A stretch of 64,000 nt of DNA from Eledone cirrhosa. Its lineage: Eukaryota. How positions within the stretch are numbered: the first letter of the stretch is position 1; each line of letters starts with the position of its first letter. A program made the translations under genes and the position numbers. A model generated the notes under the pieces. The model saw only the letters and a list, made by a program, of their open reading frames with translations. It made no database searches and was not told the DNA's origin. Positions 12,908 through 27,940 of the stretch are shown here, piece by piece. The stretch lies in the NCBI GenBank assembly GCA_964016885.1, contig OZ024742.1, positions 243,226,001 to 243,290,000 on the forward strand. The letters run 5' to 3'.

Positions 12908-13042
12908 AAGTATTTTACGAAAATATATGCCTAAGTTACCATATATTAAAATATATTACCCCAATATCAATGTATCGATGGCTCATTCGTTCGTAATTAC
13001 GAATTCATACTCAGGCAACGGAATCCCTGCTCTCTCCCTCTT

Positions 13043-13128
<86 letters not shown>

Positions 13129-13250
13129 AGGTTCCGTTGCCTGAGTATGAATTCGTAATTACGAACGAATTAGCCATCGATACATTGATATTAGGGTAAT
13201 ATATTTTAATATATGGTAACTTAGGCATATATTTTCGTAAAATACTTAAC
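12908..13250. repeat. About 340-bp palindrome centred on (CT)n(TA)n(GA)n
   Basis: 12908-13025 is the reverse complement of 13130-13250. Confidence 0.9.
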
Positions 13251-13755
13251 TGTCATACTATTAAGCTTTCAGTAGCTGTATTCCATTGTTGGCGGCAATT
13301 CACTGGTGTTAGACATATCTCAATTAAACTGAAGATAAAGTTACTCTAACACGAGTGAATTATGTCCAGTAACGGGATTCACCATTGAAAGACTAACACC
13401 GGGAAACTTGAGTATTTCATGAAAATATATGCTTAATTTACCACGTATTAAGATGTATGTATTTATATACATATAGATATATATAGGCTAGCTACCAAAG
13501 TGTATGATAAATTTATATCTGTATAAATACAGAGTATGTAACCGAGAGTGCACCAATGTGTACAAATGTATACACATATCTGATATGCATATAATTAGTC
13601 TGGCTTATACACTCTGTATTTATACAGATAAAATGTTATCATACACTTCGGCAGCTGCTAGCGAACTTCTCACTATATATCTTAATTAATTACCAGCACC
13701 GAGCGTTAGTTATATGCAAATTAGTTGGTCCATTTGAGAATAATACTAGGAGAAA

Positions 13756-13796
<41 letters not shown>

Positions 13797-13823
13797 CCAA
13801 ATACATGTTTTCTTAGGCTTGAG

Positions 13824-13888
13824 TAATGATATACGTCTTCTGATGAAAATCCAATAAGATCCGAAAATCAATTAAAATGCTTATCATT
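13824..13888 (+). ncRNA. Degenerate hammerhead motif
   Basis: CTGATGA-aaatc caataa gatcc-GAAA-atcaat-TA; distal stem I aatgata/tatcatt. Confidence 0.45.
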
Positions 13889-14015
13889 TGTTTCAATTTA
13901 CATCGATATTCGTATTTTCTAGCATATTTACATGCTTCCAAATTAGGTTCACACCCTGAAGATATAACTTTATCATACACTTCAGCTGCTAGCGCCTATC
14001 TCACAATATGTATAT

Positions 14016-14076
<61 letters not shown>

Positions 14077-14077
<1 letters not shown>

Positions 14078-14251
14078 CGAAGGAAATGTGGTAAGGAACC
14101 AGGTGGACCATAACGCACCAAAGTACTCAATACTTGGGGTAGTAGAGTGGGTAATAGGAACCAGTAAGACCCCGACAGCTGAGCTCAAGTCGTTTCGACG
14201 GCTAATTCCCGTCGAAACGACTTGAGCTCAGCTGTCGGGGTCTTACTGGTT

Positions 14252-14255
<4 letters not shown>
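14077..14255. mobile_element. TA-flanked foldback repeat, family A (copies at 40699-41823, 45065-45120, 52691-52873, 57137-57230)
   Basis: Shared acgaaggaa..gtggtaaggaaccag.tggaccat.acgcacca.agtactc; terminal hairpin taggaacc...cgacgg/ccgtcg...ggttccta. Confidence 0.85.
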
Positions 14256-14314
<59 letters not shown>

Positions 14315-14447
14315 GTGAGGTTTTTTTTACAAAATGAAAAATAACCGAGGTGTCCTACACGAGTGAAAGTATAAAGAAAAAGAGATGAAATCGAAAATGC
14401 AACTGGAGTCTTATTTTTTTTTTAAATATATATATATTTATTTGGTT

Positions 14448-14485
14448 CCTTTACCGGTTTCGCAGTTCTTCTGCTTTTCAAAAGG
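14448..14485 (-). ncRNA. Minimal hammerhead motif, U3:A8 core variant
   Basis: Minus strand: cctt-TTGAAAA-gcag aagaa ctgc-GAAA-ccgg-TA-aagg; all stems perfectly paired. Confidence 0.72.
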
Positions 14486-14580
14486 TGAGTTGAGATGGAG
14501 GGTCTGTGGTTTTTCTCACATATATATATATATATCACAGAAAAAAAGAGAATCCGTGTTGCGACGAATGGAATTTATTG

Positions 14581-14676
14581 GACATATTACAATCGTTTCT
14601 CTGGCGACCAGCTCGAGGCACGATCGATGTGATGATCGAACCTGACTCTGAAAATCGCAAGGTCCTCAGATACGTC
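14581..14676 (-). ncRNA. Type I hammerhead motif with extended stem II
   Basis: Minus strand: gacgtat-CTGAGGA...GAAA-cgattg-TA-atatgtc; homolog of 979-1073. Confidence 0.68.
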
Positions 14677-15064
14677 TTGATTCTACGAAGCAGATTTTCC
14701 TATGTTCTTTTACATCGATATACTTCGCCTGTCGGCTTAGATTCTGTTGTCTTTCTATGAGTGGTCAAGAATTGTACACGTCATCGGCATTTCTAGCCAC
14801 TCATGGTTGTCCACTATTTGGTTCTTTTCATTCTCCACCTGTCAATTTCTTAGGTCGGAATTACTACTTTACTCTTTTACTCTTTTAGAGTAATTACGAC
14901 TAGTCAGAATTGCTACTAGTAATTTTTCTGTGATATCATACTCTGCTCTATGAGAGCATTGAGTGCTCATTCGGCCTACCGCATACGGACTCTTTAAGCA
15001 TCCAACACCAATTATATATTTATATATATATATAATTATATATATGTGAAAAGATTCAGAAAAT

Positions 15065-15218
<154 letters not shown>

Positions 15219-16091
15219 TATATATATATTTGAAAAGATTCAGGAGGTAAGACTAGAGTGTTTATGCTTTGTATATAAACATATAGTCAGACATATATAA
15301 GCGTATGTGTGTCTAAGAGAATTGGAGAGAGAGAGAGAGTGACAGAGAGAGGGAGAGAGAGAGAGGGATAGAGAGAGAGAGAGAGACTAATTGGTACAAT
15401 GATAAATTGAGATAGCGATAGATTGTAACATTGCTATTTTCATTGTTGCAACCTGAAACCTATAAATGTTATACAAAACAATGGCAGTGGTGATGAGAAT
15501 AACAGAGAAAACTTGATCACTTTTTATTGTCACATAAATACAAGAGAAGATTTGACGAATTAATACAGTCCCCATTTTCTTTTGTTGCCATTGTCAGAAC
15601 CGAAATAATGAATTGCTTTGTTTTATTTTATATTAATTTTTATGTTTTTGCTGTTATTGTTTTGTTTGTTTGTTTGTTTGTTTTAATGTTGCAGATTTGA
15701 AAGGGTTTTACAAATTGTACGTTTATTCAATGTTAAGTTTTATTCTTGTAACATAATCACAGCTGAGGATTATATTACTGAAGTTCTACCCACACATTCG
15801 CATACAGACACATACAGTGGCCATGACAGGAAACCTATGGCGGCAGATACATGTTAAGTGTATGAAAGTTTGTTTATATATATATATATATATATACTTA
15901 CATACATATATATTTCTGTCACCCACTCTTTTTTCTTTCTTTCTTTCTCTCTCTCCCTCACTCTTGCTGTCTGAAACTCTCTCTTTATATAAAGAAAGTT
16001 AGAGCGGGGGTGAGAGGAAGTGAGTGAGAGAGATGAAGGAAAGATACATATATCTTATCGAGGTATGGGCTCCGGCAAATGTAACTGGCTA

Positions 16092-16168
<77 letters not shown>

Positions 16169-16225
16169 CTTGTGACGCTAAACTACGCCAGTTGCAGACT
16201 GCGAATCAACATGTGATATCTCTCT

Positions 16226-16862
16226 CTACAAACTTCGATCACTAGCAGCAGAGTTCAAAGAGCAAAGATCAAGTCCAGTCCATAAGTTGACATTATCAAG
16301 CCATCGTTTTGGCTGCCAGCCTCTGCTTCTCTTACCAGCCAACCTTCCTTCCAGGCATAACCTACTCAGACCATGAGTTGATCTTTTTATATGGCCGTAC
16401 AGTTTGAGTACTCTTGACTTGACAGTTGATGTAATTGGTCTAAGTTTGGTAATGTTGAGCAGCTCATTGATCGGTCGCTGAGCCGCTTGCCAGTCATAAT
16501 TCTCATGAATGGGTTCTGGAATGTTGAGAGCTTCTGAAGTGACGTTGTTATCCAATTAACACAGTCAAGACCATATAAAAACAACTGGTGGGATGTAAGT
16601 ATCAAAGATCTTAGCCTTCAAATGATAGGAAACTCGTTTTGATGTTAGTACTTCCTAGTTCCTGTTGAAAGCTGCCCAACCTAGAGCAATGCGATATTGC
16701 GCAGCAACTATTCCATTGTTGTTTGATGATAGTTTGTGACCGAGATATACAAACTCTGTAACTTGAGCAATTGTGTGAGTTGGAGATTGGCATTGTTTTT
16801 ATCAGTTGTCATACATTTTGTTTTGGAGATGTTGATATGTAAGCCAGCCTCCAGCGAATGTT
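16226..16862 (-). mobile_element. Decayed RTE-type LINE 3' fragment
   Basis: LKLYGHIKR...LCLEGRLAGKRSRGWQPKRWLDNV is the RTE ORF C-terminal motif; frameshifts upstream. Confidence 0.85.
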
Positions 16863-16900
16863 TGACCAGTCCATATTATATATTATATACGAGATATATA

Positions 16901-16989
<89 letters not shown>

Positions 16990-17606
16990 TATGTCAGGAC
17001 GGTGCCCCTACAACTCCAGCGGTTCAGTACCCATAGGTAGATAAATAGCGGAATATATATGTATGTAAGTCGGGCAGCGATATAATTCTACATATCCCTC
17101 AAATGATGGAATTGTTTCCTGTTGAGATGCCTTTGATTATCGATCGTTAGTAAATACCGCTCATGTTTGCGTTATTTAATTACGGCTTTTTCCGTTCCAA
17201 TTTCAAATCCCGCTTCAAGGGGTCGTAAATTAGTACCAATTAAATGCTGGAATGAATATAATCGACTGTACTCTTCCGAAATATTTGGCCTTGTAAGAAA
17301 TAGTAAATTGACATGTGTACTGTCATCATTTCTATGTCAGACCTGTTTAACCAACGTAGTGTTCATTGCAACATTTACATGTTATATATTAAATTGTGTG
17401 AGTTACATGAAAAGTCGTTTTTAATTTTTAAAATAGGAGCCTCTTTGAAGTAAAATTAGGGACTTCGAATGGATGGCTGCTTATTCTGCAATTTAGTCGG
17501 TTGAATTTTCTAACTTCAGGATCTTTAATTACGGTATATAACTTGTGTGAGAGAGAGTGGTGTTTTTTTTTGTTTTTTTGAGGGGGGGGGGGGGGGGGTG
17601 ATTGTC

Positions 17607-17680
<74 letters not shown>

Positions 17681-18934
17681 TTCCAAATTTATTTCACCTC
17701 TTCTTTCAAGCCGGTTTGCTAACAAAGTGACATGTTTCTTTGTCTGGTTTGAATCAATGCTGTTTGTATTTGTGAATTTATCAGCGCGAGTTAATATGTG
17801 CGTATATGTATGCTTGTATATATATATATATGTGTATGTAGGAAGGTAAGTAAGTATGTATGTATTATGTATGTATATATGGGAGTGAAAGGCCTCCATT
17901 TGTTGTCATAACGCCTTTCTAGGAGAGGGGAAACTCTGAAAAAAGACCTGCGGCTTCGGAAGCATCCTATGATGTTGACCAGTTCTCCTTTTCGGATAGT
18001 GTTTTCGATGCTCAGAGAGTGGGATTGGTCGAGTGCAAGGCCTTTCCCCACTTAAAAAACATTCAAAGCATAGGCATTGCTTGTTCAGGACATGTTACAG
18101 GTTTGTGTAGCAGGCCGTAGCCTAAAAGTGCACCATTTTCTGTAATCTGACAAGCGATTGCAGTACTCTCAGTAGAGTTTGCAGCCACCATGTATGTATG
18201 TATGTATGTATGTCGGGTCACTCTTGTGTGCTACTGGTAACATGCAACCCAGTACAACCTATCGCATGGTCGGGTCGTCGGCGACTAAACCAGCAACCCC
18301 ACCAAGCTTGGACACCCTGTGGGATGAAAAACAAAACTCGTCAAAGGGTGGAGGAACTCAGCAGAGTCAACAGCCAACCAATAAAGTATTTTTATTCTTT
18401 TTATGTGGCATGAGAGATTTCGAGTCTTCATTAAAACATCTCTCTGGGAGCAGGTCACTCTCATATAAAACCTACGACTTCGTTTGCATCCAATGATGTA
18501 TAGCAGTTCTCCTTTTTGAGTAAATGAATTCGATGTTCAGAGAGTAGGATTGGCCCCGTGCAAAGCTTTTCCTCGGCTTCAAGCACAGGCATCGCTTGAT
18601 ATGTGACATTTTTTCGATGCATGGTATTGCTGGCCATAGGCAAGTCCCTAGCAGGACTAAAAAGCTACGTACGTGATGCTCATGCTTAAGTATCAAGCAA
18701 TGGCGTTACTTGAAATCGATTTGCAGCCTTCATATATGTATGCATTTAGATCTTTTGTATATATATTTTGCTTTTGTGACAAATGCAGAAATTGCTAAAA
18801 CTGAGATGCTAAAGAAACTTTTTAATATTTAATATTTAAAACTTCACGTTCTGATTTCAAATCAAGCTTAGGTCGACTTTATTTTTCCTGTGGGTTGGTA
18901 AGGTTTATTCTTATTGTATATAAATATGAAGACA

Positions 18935-19395
18935 CAAAGCTAGCTTTGTTTAGAAACAGCTAGCGAATTTGAAAATTAGGCAGTAACATGTGCTTACGCC
19001 GTATTTGACTACACAGAATTAGTCTGTTAGTTGGGGTTTTAAAAAAAGCCTCTAAATGGAAAAAAGGTGAGTATTGACATACATGGGACACGAACCCACA
19101 TCTTTGGTTTGCCGGACCAATGTGTACCATTACACCAACACACCACCCATGCCTCCTTCCATTCAATTAGAAGCTATATAACCATAGCAGGTGTATATAT
19201 ATATATGTTCCATATGTTGGTGTAATGGTAACACATTGGTCCGACAAACCAAAGATGTGGGTTCGTGTCCCATATAAGTCAATACTCATCCTTTTTCCAT
19301 CCAGAGGTGTTTTTTTTTAATCCCAACTAACAGACTAATTAAATTTAGTCAAATACGGCGTAAGCACATGTTACTGCCTAATTTTTATTCTTATT
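18935..19395. mobile_element. Foldback element with tRNA-like head (related copy at 54010-54190)
   Basis: About 18975-19141 is the reverse complement of 19214-19385; tggtgtaatggt...gggttcgtgtccc resembles A/B boxes. Confidence 0.75.
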
Positions 19396-19752
19396 ATATG
19401 AAATCATTATCAGTGAAATCAATTTAGTTATTGACATTAAATATCACTTTAAAAATGAAATAAAAGAAAATTCACTGAGTACAATTCATTAATGTTGATG
19501 TCCCTGCTTTCCTGTCAGACCATTTCGTAATATTTATGCAACAAGCTTATGTTTGTATTATATAAATGTCAAAATCCTTTGTTAGTAAGGATTATCTTAC
19601 TCCATAATAAAAAAAAAAAGAATCATTGACCGAACTCACTTTTACAGCTCTTCCACACCAGAAGAGCTTGCATAAGATTTGAATATAACTATTCTTCTCA
19701 TATCAAGTGATTAATGAAGAGATTACCATTTCATATTATATATTTGTCATTG

Positions 19753-19940
19753 GTGGATTTGCAGTATCAGTAGAATGTCAGCCACCATGCTTTGCCGCAT
19801 CGAGTTATGCTCCTTTACGGTTTTAGTTCAAATCCAGCCGACGTTAACTTTACCTTTCATCTTTACGGGGTCGATAAAATAAAGTACCAGTAATGCACTA
19901 AGATAATTGCTGGTCTTGTGCCAAAAGTAGAAACAATTAT
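19753..19940 (+). mobile_element. tRNA-derived SINE
   Basis: A-box-like head, gttcaaatcc B-box, conserved core ctttcatc.ttacggggtcgataaaataaagtaccag, tail ccaaaagtagaaacaattat. Confidence 0.85.
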
Positions 19941-20887
19941 ATATTTGGAATTGACTTAATCTGTTGTTGAACATGTTTGTATGAATTTAAATACTAAATA
20001 TGCAAAAAGACACGATCTTGTTCTTCACGGACTCGATTGGTGTCTAAATATCGCTGACTTATGGAGCTATTACAGCCGAGTCTATCGTACATTGCTCCGC
20101 CGTCTTTATTTGGCAAACAGACTTTTTATATTTGGTGGTTACACCGTAATGTTGTGTCGTAGAGAAAATAAAGATAACTGAAGTTGAGAATCAAGACATC
20201 ATCGGTTTTTTAAGTACCACAAATAGAGGAAAGTAATTGGGCTGCCGTCCTCTCGTATATTTACTTAAATGTAACAAGAGTGGCGAACATAGCCTGATAG
20301 AATAGAGCTACTCTCAGTATAAAACTGTAGGCCATGATGGGAAACTGATAAAAATCATCTTTGGCAATCGAGACAATCTGGGATTGCCTGGGATTCTCTT
20401 TTTGATCCATAGGCGGCTGTTTACCCACAGAAACAGAAAACAAACACTATTCATAAAAATGATTTTTTTTCTGTTGTTTTCTTTTACATCATGTAACTCT
20501 CTTCCTTTGAGCATTCATCATGTGGGATCCCTTATATGCTGCAATGTGATGGTAAGGCTTCGGGCAAAATAAATTGCAATATTCAGTTACGTCTCTTTTA
20601 TGCTCTGGCTGCATATCCAGCAAAGATACAAGAGGTAACAGCCAACTACTAGTTTCGACTTCACCGATTCTACCTTACTCCCAAAATACTGTGGATGGCC
20701 AGTAAAATAGTTTTCAGTGCCCGAGAGCAATGTCAATCTGTCACTTTAATTATAAGGAAAGTTAGACCAGAGGTAAATTTCTATTCCCTTGCACCCGCGA
20801 CTGCCCTTCCTCTTCGTTTCTCTCTTGCTACGCCTTTGTGGATTGCTAAATCAGTAGAGCGCCGATCTAAATTCTATGAAAATATAT

Positions 20888-21070
20888 ATAATTGTTTATA
20901 CTTTTAGCACAAGGCCAGCAATTACACAGTGTATTACTGGTACTTTATTTTATCGACCCCGTAAGGATGAAAGGCAAAGTTAACCTCGGCGGGATTTGAA
21001 CTCAGAATGGAAAGGGCCGTAACTCTTTGCGTCAAAGCATGGCGCCCGACCCTCTACCGATACTGCCAAT
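20888..21070 (-). mobile_element. tRNA-derived SINE
   Basis: Full reverse-complement copy of the same family. Confidence 0.9.
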
Positions 21071-21077
21071 TATAATA

Positions 21078-21270
21078 GTGGTGGATTGGCAGTATCGGTA
21101 GAGGGTCGGACGCCATACTTTGCAGCATAGAGTTACGGCCCTTTATGATCTTTACGTTCAAATCCCGCCGAGGTTAACGCTGCCTTTCATCCTTACGGAG
21201 TCGATAAAATAAAGTACCAGTAATACACTGGGGTAATGTTGGCCTTGTGCCAAAAGTAGAAACAACTATT
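21078..21270 (+). mobile_element. tRNA-derived SINE (head-to-head with the previous copy)
   Basis: gtggattggcagtatcggtagaggg...aaaagtagaaacaac. Confidence 0.9.
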
Positions 21271-21973
21271 TACAATATGGTTGAAAGAAAATGGCTCACG
21301 GAAGGGTTTTGCATACGAAATATATATATGGTAGGGTCTCACATATATAATATAGTGTGTTGAAAAACTCACTATATTGTAAATGTGAAACCTACCGTGT
21401 TGGATTTTCTTTTCTCAACTCCCTCCAATTCTCTATACTTCTCTCTTCTACCTCTTTATATCTCTCTCGCCTTTTTCTTTGTCCTCTTTATACATTTTCT
21501 TGTCTATCTCTCCCCTCTTTCTATCACTCCCCTCTATACATTATGCTTTCTAATTTTCTCATCTCTATCCCTCTTTTCTCTATCACTCTTCTCTCTTTCC
21601 TTTCTCTATACCGTCTCCTCTCTGTCCCTCTTTTCGTTCTATATCTCTCTCATTCTATTATCTCTCCCCCTCTCACTTTCTCTCTGTTTCTTCTCTATCT
21701 CTTTCTATATTCTATTCTTTACATTTTTTAGCTTGACCCCTCCTCCTTGTTCATTTGTCCTACGTCAACTAAAACTGCACCTACATTTCCAGATCAATTG
21801 TCACGTTAGTTTTATTTAAATATCTATTTATTTATTCATTCATTCATTTTTATCCGTTGCCCTTCTACACTCTAAAATTACTATACTTTTTATCTATGGT
21901 TCACCCTATCTCTTCTTTTTCTCTCGTCTTACTCTATTTCCATCAGTACTATTTCTGTTTTTCTTAATCCTAG

Positions 21974-22240
21974 TTTATCAACTATATTATACATCGTTCC
22001 CATTTATTACTGATAAGCTGCGAATTGGCTAAGTTTTTAAGGTGCCTGATTAAATGTTTCGTTGTTTCTTTCGTTGCTTTTCTTCCTTTTGGGATCGATA
22101 AACAAAATATCCACACAGAGTGTGGTGGTTTGGTAGAATTGTTAAATTCAAGATGCCTTGTAATATCCGTTCCGGCTGAGTGCGTTCTAAGTACAAATCC
22201 GACCTCTTGTAGCCGGTAAAACGGTGACGCATCAGCAATG
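21974..22240 (+). other. Candidate exon, possibly 5' UTR ending in ATG
   Basis: Long polypyrimidine tract and cttaatcctAG acceptor (21973); gcaATG|GTAAGA donor (22241); unique sequence. Confidence 0.4.
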
Positions 22241-23108
22241 GTAAGACTAATGAACACAGTTTTCTTGGTTCAATTTGAAGATCAGCTCTTTTCTGTTATT
22301 AAAATCAAATCATTCGAATCGGCTGGGATGTTTTTGACCATAGGCTTCCTAGATCAGGAATGGTTTAATGTTAAACAAAAATAAATACTACGTCAATCCA
22401 ATGAAGCCAAAGAGTAAGCTTCAACGCAGTCGTTCGACCTGTTAGAGACAGCAGCCAAATCTCCATCAAATACCACTTTGTTATCTTTGATATTTGAGAT
22501 ATACTACCCCGAGGGAAGTGGGAATCAACTGGTCATGGTTGTTAAACTTTTGATCGTAGGTTCTATCAGCATTGACCCGAGACTAAACAACAAAACAACA
22601 GAAGCAACTATTATTTCAATCGTGCCAACAACGAGAGGACATATGCGAGATCGCTCCACCTACTAGAAATAGCTGACAAATGTCCTTCAAATTACACCCT
22701 TAAATAAAAACAAGTTACACTGGACAATGTAGTCTTTAATATATAAAAAGAAAAACAGGATTGTCACGAATGGAACACCTTTTAGCTTAGATCCGTTTCA
22801 TCTACGTTTGCCTGGGCGCCTTATTTTTGTTGTCCATTGAAATTCAAGGATGGAGTCCACTTCTTTAAAGATGTGGTCTTTGTTGGCATAACTTCTATCC
22901 TGGACCCATAAGCACTAGTCGGACATGTATAGGCGGTGGTAGTGGTTTGAGGGTTATTGTTATAATGAGTGGTGATAATGGTGGTAACGATGGTTGCTTG
23001 CACCCCCCCCCCCTACTGGCTCACTTCGTCTGTCTTCTAGTTGTCATTTCCATCTCCAGCACACATGGACCCCATCACCACACACAGCTGCCGTCAGGTG
23101 ACATGAAC

Positions 23109-23141
<33 letters not shown>

Positions 23142-23629
23142 ACAACAATGCCAACTATTATATTAACTAGCCGACTTCTCTAACAACAACAGCAACCCCC
23201 CTTCATCCAGAATCCTCCTACCAACGACACTCTTTCACACCTCTCTAGGCGATAATTACCATGAAAATATAAAGAAAGGAACAAAAAGAAATGATTTTAA
23301 AAAAAAAGGTTGCACTCAAGTTATATGGCCCTCACGCATGTGTGTGCAAAGAGAAGTTAGATCTTTCATCACATAGGTAAGGTAATTATGTAAGACACAG
23401 CATACCTGACGACAGCAAAGGTATGTTTTCTTTGTATATTTGTTATCATCATTATTTTTTTTATTTTTGTTTCGTTGTTTTTGTTTTTGTTTTTGTTTTT
23501 GTTTTTGTTGTTTTTTTATTGTGTAGATTTTATTTTTGTTCTTTTTTGTAAAATGACTGCAACAACATAATTGACTGTTTGTCAAAAGAGTTGACTTTTT
23601 TAGTGGACAATAATGGAGAGAGGTGACAG

Positions 23630-24471
23630 AGGGATTGAGTGAATGAGTGGATGGGTGAGTGGGTGGGTGAGTGAGTGGATGAGTGAGTGGGTGAGTGAGT
23701 GAATGGTTGATTGAGTGAATGAGTGAGTGGGTGAGTGAGTGAATGGTTGATTGAGTGAATGTGGGAATGTGAGTGAGTGAATGGTTGATTGAGTGAATGT
23801 GGGAATGTGTGAGTGAGTGAATGGTTGATTGAGTGAATGTGGGAATGTGTGAGTGGGTGAATGGTTGATTGAGTGAATGTGGGAATGTGTGAGTGAGTGA
23901 ATGGTTGATTGAGTGAATGTGGTAATGTGTGAGTGAGTGAGTGGTTGATTGAGTGAATGTGTGAATGTGTGAGTGATTGAGTGAGTGGGTGAGTGAATGG
24001 ATGAATGATTGATTGAGTGAATGACTGAATGAGTGAATAAATGAGTGAGGGAATGAATGGGTGAGTAAGTGAGTGAGTGAGTGAGTTAATGAGTGAGTGA
24101 GTGAGAGAGTGAATGAGTGAGTGAGTGAATAGGTGAGTTAGTGAATGAGAGAGTGAATGAGTGAGTGAGTGAATAGGTGAGTGAGTGAATGAGAGAGTGA
24201 ATGAATAAGTGAAGCGGGTGGGTGGGTGAGTGAGAGAGTGAATGAGAGAGTGAGTGAGTGAATGAGAGAACTAATGAGTGAATGAGTGAATGAGAAAGTG
24301 AATAGGTGAGTGAGTGGGTGGATGAGAGAGTGAGTGAGTGAATGAGAGAATGAATGAGTGAGTGAGAGAGTGAGTGAGAGAGTGAATGGGTGAATGAATG
24401 AACGAATGAGTGAATGAGAGAATTGGTGAGTGAGTGAGTTAGTGAATAGAGGAGAGAGAGAGAGAGTAGAG

Positions 24472-24521
<50 letters not shown>

Positions 24522-24646
24522 GTGAGTGAGTGAGTGAGTGAGTGAGTGAGTGAGTGAGTTAGTGAGTAGAGGAGAGAGAGAGAGAGGGGGTGGGGAGTAG
24601 AGGAGAGAGGGGGGAGTAGAGGAGAGAGAGAGAGAGAGTGAGTGAG

Positions 24647-24697
<51 letters not shown>

Positions 24698-24742
24698 GTG
24701 AGTAGAGGAGAGAGAGAGAGAGTGAGTGAGTGAGTGAGTGAG

Positions 24743-24799
<57 letters not shown>

Positions 24800-24860
24800 G
24801 TAGAGGAGAGAGAGAGAGAGAGAGAGAGAGTGAGTGAGTGAGTGAGTGAGTGAGTGAGTG

Positions 24861-24898
<38 letters not shown>

Positions 24899-24907
24899 GA
24901 GAGAGAG

Positions 24908-24951
<44 letters not shown>

Positions 24952-25136
24952 GTGAGTAGAGGAGAGAGAGAGAGAGAGTGAGTGAGTGAGTGAGTAGAGG
25001 AGAGAGAGAGAGAGAGAGAGTGAGTGAGTGAGTGAGTAGAGGAGAGAGAGAGAGAGAGAGAGAGAGTAGAGGAGAGAGAGAGGGAGAGAGAGAGAGAGAG
25101 AGTGAGTGAGTGAGTGAGTGAGTAGAGGAGAGAGAG

Positions 25137-25195
<59 letters not shown>
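23630..25195. repeat. Compound (GAGT)n/(GA)n/(GT)n low-complexity tract
   Basis: Direct inspection. Confidence 0.95.
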
Positions 25196-25197
<2 letters not shown>

Positions 25198-25455
25198 AAG
25201 GAGAGTAGGAAGAGAAACTGAACTAAAGAAATGCGAACAAAAGAGACAAGACAAAAGAGAAAGAACAAAATATAGAAACAGAAAAGTTGTAAATGGACTG
25301 GAAGTGAGCTAGAGAGGGGAAGGGGGGAGAGGGGGTTATGTGAGAGGGGGGGTGAAAGAGTGAAAGAGAGTGAGAGAAGGAGGTGGAGTAGAAAGAGGGG
25401 GGGGAGAAAGAGAGAGAGAGAAGAACTAATGGCGGGTGAGGGTGAAGGAGAAGCA

Positions 25456-25487
<32 letters not shown>

Positions 25488-25711
25488 GGGAGAGGGGAGA
25501 GCCTTGTTGTAATGAGTTGTAAAAGCGGAAGTTAGAAGAGAAGAGATGGTAAGGCAGGTGCAGCAAATGTTATGGTAATGAAGTGATGTTTACATTTGAG
25601 GAGGTATTGAACAAGGGATCTTACAATAGAGAGCGGGGCTGTGTGAGGCGGCGAATACCATTCAATAAATGTGTGAGCCCCGTTTACCAATGGCCATGTA
25701 AACATATCACC

Positions 25712-26693
<982 letters not shown>

Positions 26694-26825
26694 CTGTGAG
26701 GGGGGGGGGGGGGGGGGCCATCGCGTATCATTTCATATTTAAGTATAGTCAATGAAGAATATGTGCCAATAGGCGGTTGGATTAGTAGTTGGATTTCAGG
26801 TACTTTTGCATGTCGCTTATATATA

Positions 26826-27308
26826 CTAGCAGAAAAACCACCGTTCGGGTGTTTTTCTGCTAGCAGGTGTAGTGTCTATATTGATATTATACGCAAGTAT
26901 ATATACATGTAGATATGATACATCAAATAAAATCGCAATTGACAATATACACAGAAATTGAATGAAGACTGTGTTACACTGTCTTATGTAATCAGTAACG
27001 TAATCCATGATACATTAAAAAAGACGATATTATATACAAACTGCATTAGGAGAAGATTAGTGACAGAAACATATGAATAATTATTTAAACGATCGCTAAC
27101 CGGAAGTGTTGACATTTAAAAAATGTTTAAGAAGTGAATCTTTGAATAAGTAATAAAATATATTTAATGAACAGCTACAAAATTTAGTAGATAAATTATG
27201 TAATATTCATTCATTATTTATTCAAAGAAATCCAACTTATTTTACTAAGGGGATAAAAAATTATAAACCGTACGCAGTCCCGCGCTTCTTACTCTATTAT
27301 AGTTTAGA
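26826..27308 (-). mobile_element. Non-autonomous Helitron
   Basis: CTAG end with subterminal hairpin at 26826; TC start at 27308 (TCTAAACTATAATAG) in an A|T context. Confidence 0.6.
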
Positions 27309-27549
27309 TATAGCTGCTTTTCTTCAGTCATTGTATATGTTTATATCACATATATATACACATATATACATACGCACTATTTTGTCTATGATACCCATAT
27401 AGTCAACCAATGTCAGTGGGTGGCTTGGTGAGATGACGGAAAATTATTTCAGTTGGTTTGAGATCGTATTTTATGTTTTTTAAAGTGTCTGCATTCGTTT
27501 TGTGTGTTTGTCTTACTATTGGGTTTATTGAAATATCTTTGATATTGTC

Positions 27550-27737
27550 ATTGTTATTGTTGTTGTTGTTGTTGTTGTTATTGCTGTTAGCGTTGTTGTT
27601 CTTGTTGTCATTATTGCTGTTATTGCTGTTACTATTGTCGTCGTCGTCGTTGTTGTTGTTTTTGTTGTTGTTGTTGTTGTTGTTATTGCTGTTATTGTCG
27701 TCGTCGTTGTTGTTATTGTTGTTGTCGTTGTTGTTGC

Positions 27738-27791
<54 letters not shown>

Positions 27792-27940
27792 CATCGTCGT
27801 TGTTTCCCTTGTTGTTATTCTTGATGTCGTCGTCGTCGTCGTCGTCGTTGTTGTTGTTGTTGTTGTTGTCATCGTCGTTGTTTCCCTTGTTGTTATTGTT
27901 GATGTCGTCGTCGTCGTCGTTGTTTTTGTTGTTGTTGATG
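27550..27940. repeat. (GTT/GTC)n trinucleotide tract
   Basis: Direct inspection. Confidence 0.95.

Noticed and set aside
13325-13418. CTGAAGA...GAAA cttgag TA HHR-like arrangement
   Set aside because: The stem II base does not pair and stem I is only 3 bp; too weak.
19080-19145. tRNA gene
   Set aside because: A/B-box-like motifs only; it is part of a multi-copy foldback repeat with no complete cloverleaf. The same holds for the SINE heads.
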